DNA of 64,000 nt, taken from Eledone cirrhosa (taxonomy: Eukaryota). Shown here in pieces: positions 12,301 to 27,900 of the stretch. The notes under the pieces are model-generated. The model was not told the origin of the DNA. It did no database searches and worked only from the letters and a program-made list of their open reading frames with translations. Position numbers and translations under genes: made by a program. The stretch's first letter is position 1. Each line of letters starts with the position of its first letter. The stretch lies in the NCBI GenBank assembly GCA_964016885.1, contig OZ024740.1, positions 407,216,001-407,280,000 of the forward strand, in the 5' to 3' direction.

Positions 12301-15300
12301 ACTACATAGTAATGTGGCCCACTGACAAGACACTGAATAGCAATGTGGCCCACTTACAAGAAACTGAATAGCAATGTGGCCCACTGACAAAACACTACAT
12401 AGCAATGTGGCCCACTGACAAGACACTACATAGCATTGTGGCCCACTGACAAGACACTACATAGCAATGTGGCCCACTGATAAGACACTGAATAGCAATG
12501 TGGCCCACTGACAAGACACTGAATAGCAATGTGGCCCACTGACAAGACTCTGCATAGCAATGTGGCCCACTGACAAAACACTACATAGCAATGTGGCCCA
12601 CTGACAAGACTCTGCATAGCAATGTGGCCCATTGACAAGACACTACATAGCAATGTGGCCCACTGACAAGATGTTGAATAGCAATGTGGCCCACTGACAA
12701 GACACTACATAGCAATGTGGCCCACTGACAAGATGTTGAATAGCAATGTGGCCCACTGACAAGACACTACATAGCAATGTGGCCCAATGACAAGATGCTG
12801 AATAGCAATGTGGCCCACTGACAAGACACTACATAGCAATGTGTCCCACTGACAAGACATTGAATAGCAATGTGGCCCACTGACAAGACACTACATAACA
12901 ATGTGGCCCACTGACAAGACACTGAATAGCAATGTGTCCCACTGACAAGACACTGAATAGCAATGTGTCTCACTGACAAGACACTACATAGCAATGTGGC
13001 CCACTGACAAGACACTGAATAGCAATGTGGCCCACTGACAAGACACTGAATAGCAATGTGGCCCACTGACAAGACACTGAATAGCAATGTGGCCCACTAA
13101 CAAGACACTACATAGCAATGTGGCTCACTGACAAGACACTGAATAGCAATGTGACATACTGACAAGACACTGAATAGCAATGTGTCCCACTGACAAGACA
13201 CTGAATAGCAACGTGGCTCACTGACAAGATACTACATAGCAACGTGGCCGAGAGACAAGACACTGAATAGCAATGTGACAGACCGACAAGACACTGAATA
13301 GCAATGTGACAGACTGACAAGACACTGAATAGCAATGTGGCCCACTGACGAGACACTGAATAGCAATGTGGCCCACTGACAAGACACTGAATAGCAATGT
13401 GGCCCACTGACAAGACACTACATAGCAATGTGACCCACTGACAAGACACTGAATAGCAATGTGGGTTACTGACGAGACACTGAATAGCAATGTGGCCCAC
13501 TGACAAGACACTACCTAGCAATGTGGCCCACTGACAAGACATTGAATAGCAATAGTGTCTCACTGACAAGACACTGAATAACAATGTGGCCCACTGACAA
13601 GACACTGAATAGCAATGTGGCCCACTGACAAGACACTGAATAGCAATGTGACCCACTGCCAAGACACTGAATAGCAATGTGGGTTACTGACGAGACACTG
13701 ACTAGCAATGTGGCCCACTGACAAGACACTACCTAGCAATGTGGCCCACTGACAAGACATTGAATAGCAATAGTCGCTCACTGACAAGACACTGAATAAC
13801 AATGTAGCCCACTGACAAGACACTGAATAGCAATGTGGCCCACTGACAAGACACTGAATAGCAATGTGGCCCACTGACAAGACACTACATAGCAATGTGG
13901 CCCACTGACAAGACACTGAATAGCAATGTGGCCCACTTACAAGACACTGAATAGCAATGTGGCCCACTGACAAAACACTACATAGCAATGTGGCCCACTG
14001 ACAAGATACTACATAGCAATGTGGCCCACTGACAAGACACTACATAGCAATGTGGCCCACTGATAAGACACTGAATAGCAATGTGGCGCACTGATAAGAC
14101 GCTGAATAGCAATGTGGCCCACTGACAAGACACTGAATAGCAATGTGGCACACTGACAAGACTCTGCATAGCAATGTGGCCCACTGACAAAACACTACAT
14201 AGCAATGTGGCCCACTGACAAGACTCTGCATAGCAATGTGGCCCACTGACAAGACACTACATAGCAATGTGGCCCACTGACAAGATGTTGAATAGCAATG
14301 TGGCCCACTGACAAGACACTACATAGCAATGTGGCCAACTGACAAGATGTTGAATAGCAATGTGGCCCACTCACAAGACACTACAGAGCAATGTGGCCCA
14401 CTGACAAGATGCTGAATAGCAATGTGGCCCACTGACAAGACACTACATAGCAATGTGTCCCACTGACAAGACATTGAATAGCAATGTGGCCCACTGACAA
14501 GACACTACATAACAATGTGGCCCACTGACAAGACACTGAATAGCAATGTGGCCCACTGACAAGACACTGAATAGCAATGTGGCCCACTGACAAGACACTG
14601 AATAGCAATGTGGCCCACTGACAACACACTGAATAGCAATGTGGCCCACTAACAAGACACTACATAACAATGTGGCTCACTGACAAGACACTGAATAGCA
14701 ATGTGACACACTGACAAGACACTGAATAGCAATGTGTCCCACTGACAAGACACTGAATAGCAATGTGGCTCACTGACAAGATATTACATAGCAACGTGGC
14801 CGAGAGACAAGACACTGAATAGCAATGTGACAGACTGACAAGACACTGAATAGCAATGTGACAGACTGACAAGACACTGAATAGCAATGTGGCCCACTGA
14901 CAAGACACTGAATAGCAATGTGGCCCACTGACAAGACACTGAATAGCAATGTGGCCCACTGACAAGTCACTACATAGCAATGTGGCCCACTGACAAGACA
15001 CTGAATAGCAATGTGGCCCACTTACAAGACACTGAATAGCAATGTGGCCCACTGACAAAACACTACATAGCAATGTGGCCCACTGACAAGACACTACATA
15101 GCAATGTGGCCCACTGACAAGACACTACATAGCAATGTGGCCCACTGATAAGACTCTGAATAGCAATGTGGCCCACTGACAAGACACTGAATAGCAATGT
15201 GGCCCACTGACAAGACACTGAATAGCAATGTGGCCCACTGACAAGACACTGAATAGCAATGTGGCCCACTAACAAGACACTACATAGCAATGTGGCTCAC

Positions 15301-18300
15301 TGACAAGACACTGAATAGCAATGTGACACACTGACAAGACACTGAATAGCAATGTGTCCCACTGACAAGACACTGAATAGCAATGTGGCTCACTGACAAG
15401 ATACTACATAGCAACGTGGCCGAGAGACAAGACACTGAATAGCAATGTGACAGACTGACAAGACACTGAATAGCAATGTGACAGACTGACAAGACACTGA
15501 ATAGCAATGTGGCCCACTGACAAGACACTGAATAGCAATGTGGCCCACTGACAAGACACTGAATAGCAATGTGGCCCACTGACAAGACACTGAATAGCAA
15601 TGTGGCCCACTGACAAGACACAACATAGCAATGTGGCCCACTGACAAGACACTACATAGCAATGTGGCCCACTGACAAGACACTGAATAGCAATGTGGCC
15701 CACTGACAAGACACTACATAGCAATGTGGCTCACTGACAAGACACTGAATAGCAATGTGGCCCACTGACAAGACACTACATAGCAATGTGGCTCACTGAC
15801 AAGACACTGAATAGCAATGTGGCCCACTGACAAGACACTGAATAGCAATGTTGCCCACTGACAAGACACTACATAGCAATGTGGCCCACTGACAAGACAC
15901 TACATAGCAATGTGGCCCACTGACAAGACACTGAATAGCAATGTTGCCCACTTACAAGACACTGAATAGCAATGTGGCCCACTGACAAAACACTACATAG
16001 CAATGTGGCCCACTGACAAGACACTACATAGCAATGTGGCCCACTGACAAGACTCTGCATAGCAATGTGGCCCACTGACAAGACACTACATAGCAATGTG
16101 GCCCACTGAAAAGATGTTGAATAGCAATGTGGCCCACTGACAAGACACTACATAGCAATGTGGCCCACTGACAAGATGTTGAATAGCAATGTGGCCCACT
16201 GACAAGACACTACATAGCAATGTGGCCCACTGACAAGATGCTGAATAGCAATGTGGCCCACTGACAAGACACTACATAGCAATGTGTCCCACTGACAAGA
16301 CATTGAATAGCAATGTGGCCCACTGACAAGACACTACATAACAATGTGGCCCACTGACAAGACACTGAATAGCAATGTGGCCCACTGACAAGACACTGAA
16401 TAGCAATGTGTCTCACTGACAAGACACTACATAGCAATGTGGCCCACTGACAAGACACTGAATAGCAATGTGGCCCACTGACAAGACACTGAATAGCAAT
16501 GTGGCCCACTGACAAGACACTGAATAGCAATGTGGCCCACTAACAAGACACTACATAGCAATGTGGCTCACTGACAAGACACTGAATAGCAATGTGACAC
16601 ACTGAGAAGACACTGAATAGCAATGTGTCCCACTGACAAGACACTGAATAGCAATGTGGCTCACTGACAAGATACTACATAGCAACGTGGCCGAGAGACA
16701 AGACACTGAATAGCAATGTGACAGACTGACAAGACACTGAATAGCAATGTGACAGACTGACAAGACACTGAATAGCAATGTGGCCCACTGGCAAGACACT
16801 GAAAAGCAATGTGGCCCACTGACAAGACACTGAATAGCAATGTGGCCCACTGACAAGACACTGAATAGAAATGTGGTTCACTGACAAGATACTACATAGC
16901 AACGTGGCCGAGAGACAAGACACTGAATAGCAATGTGGCCCACTGACAAGACGCTACATAGCAATGTGGCCCACTGACAAGACCCTACATAGCAATGTGG
17001 CCCACTGACAAGACACTGAATAGCAATGTGACAGACTGACAAGACACTGAATAGCAATGTGGCCCACTGACGAGACACTACATAGCAATGTGGCTCACTG
17101 ACAAGACACTGAATAGCAATGTGACAGACTGACAAGACACTGAATAGCAATGTGGCCCACTGACAAGATACTACATAGCAATGTGGCTCACTGACAAGAC
17201 ACTACATAGCAATGTGGCCCACTGACAAGACACTACATAGCAATGTGGCCCACTGACAAGACACTGAATAGCAATGTGGCCCACTGACAAGACACTACAT
17301 AGCAATGTGGCTCACTGACAAGACACTGAATAGCAATGTGGCTCACTGACAAGACACTGAATAGCAATGTGACAGACTGACAAGGCACTGAATAGCAATG
17401 TGGCCCACTGACAAGACACTACATAGCAATGTGGCCCACTGACAAGACACTGAATAGCAATGTGGCCCACTGACAAGACACTACATAGCAATGTGGCTCA
17501 CTGACAAGACACTACATAGCAATGTGGCCCACTGACAAGACACTGAATAGCAATGTGGCCCACTGACAAGACACTACATAGCAATGTGGCCCACTGACAA
17601 GACACTACATAGCAATGTGGCCCATTGACAAGACACTGGATGGCAATGTGGCCCACTGACAAGACACTACATTGCAATGTGGCTCACTGACAAGACACTG
17701 AATAGCAATGTGGCCCACTGACAAGACACTACATAGCAATGTGGCTCACTGACAAGACACTGAATAGCAATGTGGCCCACTGACAAGACACTACATAGCA
17801 ATGTGGCTCACTGACAAGACACTGAATAGCAATGTGGCCCACAGACAAGACACTGAATAGCAATGTGGCCCACTGACAAGACACTACATAGCAATGTGGC
17901 CCACTGACAAGACACTGAATAGCAATGTGGCCCACTGACAAGACACTACATAGCAATGTGGCTCACTGACAAGACACTGAATAGCAATGTGACAGACTGA
18001 CAAGACACTGAATAGCAATGTGACAGACTGACAAGACACTGAATAGCAATGTGGCCCACTGACAAGACACTACATAGCAAAGTGGCCCACTGACAAGACA
18101 CTGAATAGCAATGTGGCCCACTGACAAGACACTACATAGCAATGTGGCTCACTGACAAGACACTACATAGCAATGTGGCCCACTGACAAGACACTGAATA
18201 GCAATGTGGCCCACTGACAAGACACAACATAGCAATGTGGCCCACTGACAAGACACTACATAGCAATGTGGCCCACTGACAAGACACTGAATAGCAATGT

Positions 18301-21300
18301 GGCCCACTGACAAGACACTACATAGCAATGTGGCTCACTGACAAGACACTGAATAGCAATGTGGCCCACTGACAAGACACTACATAGCAATGTGGCTCAC
18401 TGACAAGACACTGAATAGCAATGTGGCCCACTGACAAGACACTGAATAGCAATGTTGCCCACTGACAAGACACTACATAGCAATGTGGCCCACTGACAAG
18501 ACACTACATAGCAATGTGGCCCACTGACAAGACACTGAATAGCAATGTGGCCCACTGACAAGGCACTACATAGCAATGTGGCTCACTGACAAGACACTGA
18601 AAAGCAACGTGACAGACTGACAAGACACTGAATAGCAATGTGGCCCACTGACAAGACACTACATAGCAATGTGGCCCACTGACAAGACACTACATAGCAA
18701 TGTGGCTCACTGACAAGACACTGAATAGCAATGTGACAGACTGACAAGACACTGAATAGCAATGTGGCCCACTGACAAGACACTGAATAGCAATGTGGCC
18801 CACTGACAAGACACTACATAGCAATGTGGCTCAATGACAAGACACTGAATAGCATTGTGGCTAACTGACAAGATACTACATAGCAATGTGGCCGAGAGAC
18901 AAGACACTGAATAGCAATGTGGCCCACAGACAAGGCACTGAATAGCAATGTGGCCCACTGACAAGACACTGAATAGCAATGTGGCCCACTGACAAGACAC
19001 TACATAGCAATATGGCCCACTGACAAGACACTACATAGCAATGTGGCCCACTAACAAGACACTACATAGCAGTGTGACCCACTGACAAGACACTGAATAG
19101 CAATGTGGGTTACTGACGAGACACTGAATAGCAATGTGGCCCACTGACAAGACACTGAATAGCAATGTGTCCCACTGACAAGACACTGAATAGCAATGTG
19201 GCTCACTGACAAGATACTACATAGCAACGTGGCCGAGAGACAGGACACTGAATAGCAATGTGACAGACTGACAAGACACTGAATAGCAATGTGACAGACT
19301 GACAAGACACTGAATAGCAATGTGGCCCACTGGCAAGACACTGAATAGCAATGTGGCCCACTGACAAGACACTGAATAGCAATGTGGCCCACTGACAAGA
19401 CACTGAATAGCAATGTGGCTCACTGACAAGATACTACATAGCAACGTGGCCGAGAGACAAGACACTGAATAGCAATGTGGCCCACTGACAAGACGCTACA
19501 TAGCAATGTGGCCCACTGACAAGACCCTACATAGCAATGTGGCTCACTGACAAGACACTGAATAGCAATGTGACAGACTGACAAGACACTGAATAGCAAT
19601 GTGACAGACTGACAAGACACTGAATAGCAATGTGGCCCACTGGCAAGACACTGAATAGCAATGTGGCCAACTGACAAGACACTACATAGCAATATGGCCC
19701 ACTGACAAGACACTACATAGCAATGTGGCCCACTAACAAGACACTACATAGCAATGTGACCCACTGACAAGACACTGAATAGCAATGTGGCCCACTGACA
19801 AGACACTACCTAGCAATGTGGCACACTGACAAGACATTGAATAGCAATAGTGGCTCACTGACAAGACACTGAATAGCAATGTGGCCCACTGACAAGACAC
19901 TGAATAGCAATGTGGCCCACTGACAAGACACTGAATAGCAATGTGGCCCACTGACAAGTCACTACATAGCAATGTGGCCCACTGACAAGAGACTGAATAG
20001 CAATGTGGCCCACTTACAAGACACTGAATAGCAATGTGGCCCACTGACAAAACACTACATAGCAATGTGGCCCACTGACAAGACACTACATAGCAATTTG
20101 GCCCACTGACAAGACACTACATAGCAATGTGGCCCACTGATAAGACACTGAATAGCAATGTGGCCCACTGACAAAACACTACATAGCAATGTGGCCCACT
20201 GACAAGACACTACATAGCAATGTGGCCCACTGACAAGACACTACATAGCAATGTGGCCCACTGATAAGACACTGAATAGCAATGTGGCCCACTGACAAGA
20301 CACTACATAGCAATGTGGCCCACTGACAAGATGTTGAATAGCAATGTGGCCCACTGACAAGACACTACAAAGCAATGTGGCCCACTGACAAGATGCTGAA
20401 TAGCAATGTGGCCCACTGACAAGACATTGAATAGCAATGTGGCCCACTGACAAGACACTACATAACAATGTGGCCCACTGACAAGACACTGAATAGCAAT
20501 GTGGCCCACTGACAAGACACTGAATAGCAATGTGTCTCACTGACAAGACACTACATAGCAATGTGGCCCACTGACAAGACACTGAATAGCAATGTGGCCC
20601 ACTGACAAGACACTGAATAGCAATGTGGCCCACTGACAAGACATTGAATAGCAATGTGGCCCACTAACAAGACACTACATAGCAATGTGGCTCACTGACA
20701 AGACACTGAATAGCAATGTGACACACTGACAAGACACTGAATAGCAATGTGTCCCACTGACAAGACACTGAATAGCAATGTGGCTCACTGACAAGATACT
20801 ACATAGCAACGTGGCCGAGAGACAAGACACTGAATAGCAATGTGACAGACTGATAAGACACTGAATAGCAATGTGACAGACTGACAAGACACTGAATAGC
20901 AATGTGGCCCACTGACAAGACACTACATAGCAATGTGGCCCACTGACAAGACACTGAATAGCAATGTGGCCCACTGACAAGACACTACATAGCAATGTGG
21001 CTCACTGACAAGACACTACATAGCAATGTGGCCCACTGACAAGACACTGAATAGCAATGTGGCCCACTGACAAGACACTACATAGCAATGTGGCCCACTG
21101 ACAAGACACTGAATAGCAATGTGGCCCACTGACAAGACACTACATAGCAATGTGGCTCACTGACAAGACACTGAATAGCAATGTGGCCCACTGACAAGAC
21201 ACTACATAGCAATGTGGCTCACTGACAAGACACTACATAGCAATGTGGCCCACTAACAAGACACTGAATAGCAATGTGGCCCACTGACAAGACACAACAT

Positions 21301-21365
21301 AGCAATGTGGCCCACTGACAAGACACTACATAGCAATGTGGCCCACTGACAAGACACTGAATAGC
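9370..21365. repeat. Copy A of a ~12-kb near-identical segmental duplication within the array
   Basis: Matches ~21,990-33,925 at offset 12,621 (407x31+4), then 12,559 (405x31+4). Private variants are shared, e.g. GACACCGAA, AATAGTCGCTC, GGATGGCAATG, CAATTTGG. Confidence 0.93.
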
Positions 21366-21989
21366 AATGTTGCCCACTGACAAGACACTACATAGCAATG
21401 TGGCCCACTGACAAGACACTGAATAGCAATGTGACAGACTGACAAGACACTGAATAGCAATGTGGCCCACTGACAAGACACTACATAGCAATGTGGCTCA
21501 CTGACAAGACACTGAATAGCATTGTGGCTCACTGACAAGATACTACATAGCAATGTGGCCGAGAGACAAAACACTGAATAGCAATGTGGACCACAGACAA
21601 GACACTACATAGCAATGTGGCCCACTGACAAGACACTACATAGCAATGTGGCTCACTGACAAGACACTACATAGCAATGTGGCTCACTGACAAGACACTA
21701 CATAGCAATGTGGCCCACTAACAAGACACTGAATAGCAATGTGGCCCACTGACAAGACACAACATAGCAATGTGGCCCACTGACAAGACACTACATAGCA
21801 ATGTGGCCCACTGACAAGACACTGAATAGCAATGTTGCCCACTGACAAGACACTACATAGCAATGTGGCCCACTGACAAGACACTGAATAGCAATGTGAC
21901 AGACTGACAAGACACTGAATAGCAATGTGGCCCACTGACAAGACACTACATAGCAATGTGGCTCACTGACAAGACACTGAATAGCATTG

Positions 21990-24900
21990 TGGCTCACTGA
22001 CAAGATACTACATAGCAACGTGGCCGAGAGACAAGACACTGAATAGCAATGTGACAGACTGATAAGACACTGAATAGCAATGTCACAGACTGACAAGACA
22101 CTGAATAGCAATGTGGCCCACTGACAATACACTGAATAGCAATGTGGCCCACTGACAAGACACTGAATAGCAATGTGGCCCACTGACAAGACACTGAATA
22201 GCAAAGTGGCTCACTGATAAGATACTACATAGCAACGTGGCCGAGAGACAAGACACTGAATAGCAATGTGGCCCACTGACAAGACGCTACATAGCAATGT
22301 GGCCCACTGACAAGACCCTACATAGCAATGTGGCCCACTGACAAGACACTGAATAGCAATGTGACAGACTGACAAGACACTGAATAGCAATGTGGCCCAC
22401 TGACAAGACACGACATAGCAATGTGGCTCACTGACAAGACACTGAATAGCAATGTGACAGACTGACAAGACACTGAATAGCAATGTGGCCCACTGACAAG
22501 ACACTACATAGCAATGTGGCTCACTGACAAGACACTACATAGCAATGTGGCCCACTGACAAGACACTACATAGCAATGTGGCCCACTGACAAGACACTGA
22601 ATAGCAATGTGGCCCACTGACAAGACACTACATAGCAATGTGGCTGACTGACAAGACACTGAATAGCAATGTGACAGACTGACAAGACACTGAATAGCAA
22701 TGTGACAGACTGACAAGACACTGAATAGCAATGTGGCCCACTGACAAGACACTACATAGCAATGTGGCCCACTGACAAGACACTGAATAGCAATGTGGCC
22801 CACTGACAAGACACTACATAGCAATGTGGCTCACTGACAAGACACTACATAGCAATGTGGCCCACTGACAAGACACTGAATAGCAATGTGGCCCACTGAC
22901 AAGACACTACATAGCAATGTGGCCCACTGACAAGACACTGAATAGCAATGTGGCCCACTGACAAGACACAACATAGCAATGTGGCCCACTTACAAGACAC
23001 TACATAGCAATGTGGCCCACTGACAAGACACTGAATAGCAATGTGGCCCACTGACAAGACACTGAATAGCAATGTGGCTCACTGACAAGACACTAAATAG
23101 CAATGTGGCCCACTGACAAGACACTACATAGAAATGTGGCTCACTGACAAGACACTGAATAGCAATGTGGCCCACTGACAAGACACTGAATAGCAATGTT
23201 GCCCACTGACAAGACACTACATAGCAATGTGGCCCACTGACAAGACACTGAATAGCAATGTGACAGACTGACAAGACACTGAATAGCAATGTGGCCCACT
23301 GACAAGACACTACATAGCAATGTGGCTCACTGACAAGACACTGAATAGCATTGTGGCTCACTGACAAGATACTACATAGCAATGTGGCCGAGAGACAAAA
23401 CACTGAATAGCAATGTGGACCACAGACAAGGCACTGAATAGCAATGTGGCCCACTGACAAGACACTGAATAGCAATATGGCCCACTGACAAGACACTACA
23501 TAGCAATGTGGCCCACTAACAAGACACTACATAGCAATGTGACCCACTGACAAGACACTGAATAGCAATGTGGGTTACTGACGAGACACTGAATAGCAAT
23601 GTGGCCCACTGACAAGACACTACCTAGCAATGTGGCCCACTGACAAGACATTGAATAGCAATAGTGGCTCACTGACAAGACACTGAATAACAATGTGGCC
23701 CACTGACAAGACACTGAATAGCAATGTGGCCCACTGACAAGACACTGAATAGCAATGTGGCCCACTGACAAGACACTACATAGCAATGTGGCCCACTGAC
23801 AAGACACTGAATAGCAATGTGGCCCACTTACAAGACACTGAATAGCAATGTGGCCCACTGACAAAATACTACATAGCAATGTGGCCCACTGACAAGACAC
23901 TACATAGCAATGTGGCCCACTGACAAGACACTACATAGCAATGTGGCCCACTGATAAGACACTGAATAGCAATGTGGCCCACTGACAAGACACTGAATAG
24001 CAATGTGGCACACTGACAAGACTCTGCATAGCAATGTGGCCCACTGACAAAACACTACATAGCAATGTGGCCCACTGACAAGACTCTGCATAGCAATGTG
24101 GCCCACTGACAAGACACTACATAGCAATGTGGCCCACTGACAAGATGTTGAATAGCAATGTGGCCCACTGACAAGACACTACATAGCAATGTGGCCCACT
24201 GACAAGATGTTGAATAGCAATGTGGCCCACTGACAAGACACTACAGAGCAATGTGGCCCACTGACAAGATGCTGAATAGCAATGTGGCCCACTGACAAGA
24301 CACTACATAGCAATGTGTCCCACTGACAAGACATTGAATAGCAATGTGGCCCACTGACAAGACACTACATAACAATGTGGCCCACTGACAAGACACTGAA
24401 TAGCAATGTGGCCCACTGACAAGACACTGAATAGCAATGTGGCCCACTGACAAGACACTGAATAGCAATGTGGCCCACTGACAAGACACTGAATAGCAAT
24501 GTGGCCCACTAACAAGACACTACATAGCAATGTGGCTCACTGACAAGACACTGAATAGCAATGTGACACACTGACAAGACACTGAATAGCAATGTGTCCC
24601 ACTGACAAGACACTGAATAGCAATGTGGCTCACTGACAAGATACTACATAGCAACGTGGCCGAGAGACAAGACACCGAATAGCAATGTGACAGACTGACA
24701 AGACACTGAATAGCAATGTGACACACTGACAAGACACTGAATAGCAATGTGGCCCACTGACAAGACACTGAATAGCAATGTGGCCCACTGACAAGACACT
24801 GAATAGCAATGTGGCCCACTGACAAGACACTGAATAGCAATGTGGCCCACTGACAAGTCACTACATAGTAATGTGGCCCACTGACAAGACACTGAATAGC

Positions 24901-27900
24901 AATGTGGCCCACTTACAAGAAACTGAATAGCAATGTGGCCCACTGACAAAACACTACATAGCAATGTGGCCCACTGACAAGACACTACATAGCATTGTGG
25001 CCCACTGACAAGACACTACATAGCAATGTGGCCCACTGATAAGACACTGAATAGCAATGTGGCCCACTGACAAGACACTGAATAGCAATGTGGCCCACTG
25101 ACAAGACTCTGCATAGCAATGTGGCCCACTGACAAAACACTACATAGCAATGTGGCCCACTGACAAGACTCTGCATAGCAATGTGGCCCATTGACAAGAC
25201 ACTACATAGCAATGTGGCCCACTGACAAGATGTTGAATAGCAATGTGGCCCACTGACAAGACACTACATAGCAATGTGGCCCACTGACAAGATGTTGAAT
25301 AGCAATGTGGCCCACTGACAAGACACTACATAGCAATGTGGCCCAATGACAAGATGCTGAATAGCAATGTGGCCCACTGACAAGACACTACATAGCAATG
25401 TGTCCCACTGACAAGACATTGAATAGCAATGTGGCCCACTGACAAGACACTACATAACAATGTGGCCCACTGACAAGACACTGAATAGCAATGTGTCCCA
25501 CTGACAAGACACTGAATAGCAATGTGTCTCACTGACAAGACACTACATAGCAATGTGGCCCACTGACAAGACACTGAATAGCAATGTGGCCCACTGACAA
25601 GACACTGAATAGCAATGTGGCCCACTGACAAGACACTGAATAGCAATGTGGCCCACTAACAAGACACTACATAGCAATGTGGCTCACTGACAAGACACTG
25701 AATAGCAATGTGACATACTGACAAGACACTGAATAGCAATGTGTCCCACTGACAAGACACTGAATAGCAACGTGGCTCACTGACAAGATACTACATAGCA
25801 ACGTGGCCGAGAGACAAGACACTGAATAGCAATGTGACAGACCGACAAGACACTGAATAGCAATGTGACAGACTGACAAGACACTGAATAGCAATGTGGC
25901 CCACTGACGAGACACTGAATAGCAATGTGGCCCACTGACAAGACACTGAATAGCAATGTGGCCCACTGACAAGACACTACATAGCAATGTGACCCACTGA
26001 CAAGACACTGAATAGCAATGTGGGTTACTGACGAGACACTGAATAGCAATGTGGCCCACTGACAAGACACTACCTAGCAATGTGGCCCACTGACAAGACA
26101 TTGAATAGCAATAGTGTCTCACTGACAAGACACTGAATAACAATGTGGCCCACTGACAAGACACTGAATAGCAATGTGGCCCACTGACAAGACACTGAAT
26201 AGCAATGTGACCCACTGCCAAGACACTGAATAGCAATGTGGGTTACTGACGAGACACTGACTAGCAATGTGGCCCACTGACAAGACACTACCTAGCAATG
26301 TGGCCCACTGACAAGACATTGAATAGCAATAGTCGCTCACTGACAAGACACTGAATAACAATGTAGCCCACTGACAAGACACTGAATAGCAATGTGGCCC
26401 ACTGACAAGACACTGAATAGCAATGTGGCCCACTGACAAGACACTACATAGCAATGTGGCCCACTGACAAGACACTGAATAGCAATGTGGCCCACTTACA
26501 AGACACTGAATAGCAATGTGGCCCACTGACAAAACACTACATAGCAATGTGGCCCACTGACAAGATACTACATAGCAATGTGGCCCACTGACAAGACACT
26601 ACATAGCAATGTGGCCCACTGATAAGACACTGAATAGCAATGTGGCGCACTGATAAGACGCTGAATAGCAATGTGGCCCACTGACAAGACACTGAATAGC
26701 AATGTGGCACACTGACAAGACTCTGCATAGCAATGTGGCCCACTGACAAAACACTACATAGCAATGTGGCCCACTGACAAGACTCTGCATAGCAATGTGG
26801 CCCACTGACAAGACACTACATAGCAATGTGGCCCACTGACAAGATGTTGAATAGCAATGTGGCCCACTGACAAGACACTACATAGCAATGTGGCCAACTG
26901 ACAAGATGTTGAATAGCAATGTGGCCCACTCACAAGACACTACAGAGCAATGTGGCCCACTGACAAGATGCTGAATAGCAATGTGGCCCACTGACAAGAC
27001 ACTACATAGCAATGTGTCCCACTGACAAGACATTGAATAGCAATGTGGCCCACTGACAAGACACTACATAACAATGTGGCCCACTGACAAGACACTGAAT
27101 AGCAATGTGGCCCACTGACAAGACACTGAATAGCAATGTGGCCCACTGACAAGACACTGAATAGCAATGTGGCCCACTGACAACACACTGAATAGCAATG
27201 TGGCCCACTAACAAGACACTACATAACAATGTGGCTCACTGACAAGACACTGAATAGCAATGTGACACACTGACAAGACACTGAATAGCAATGTGTCCCA
27301 CTGACAAGACACTGAATAGCAATGTGGCTCACTGACAAGATATTACATAGCAACGTGGCCGAGAGACAAGACACTGAATAGCAATGTGACAGACTGACAA
27401 GACACTGAATAGCAATGTGACAGACTGACAAGACACTGAATAGCAATGTGGCCCACTGACAAGACACTGAATAGCAATGTGGCCCACTGACAAGACACTG
27501 AATAGCAATGTGGCCCACTGACAAGTCACTACATAGCAATGTGGCCCACTGACAAGACACTGAATAGCAATGTGGCCCACTTACAAGACACTGAATAGCA
27601 ATGTGGCCCACTGACAAAACACTACATAGCAATGTGGCCCACTGACAAGACACTACATAGCAATGTGGCCCACTGACAAGACACTACATAGCAATGTGGC
27701 CCACTGATAAGACTCTGAATAGCAATGTGGCCCACTGACAAGACACTGAATAGCAATGTGGCCCACTGACAAGACACTGAATAGCAATGTGGCCCACTGA
27801 CAAGACACTGAATAGCAATGTGGCCCACTAACAAGACACTACATAGCAATGTGGCTCACTGACAAGACACTGAATAGCAATGTGACACACTGACAAGACA

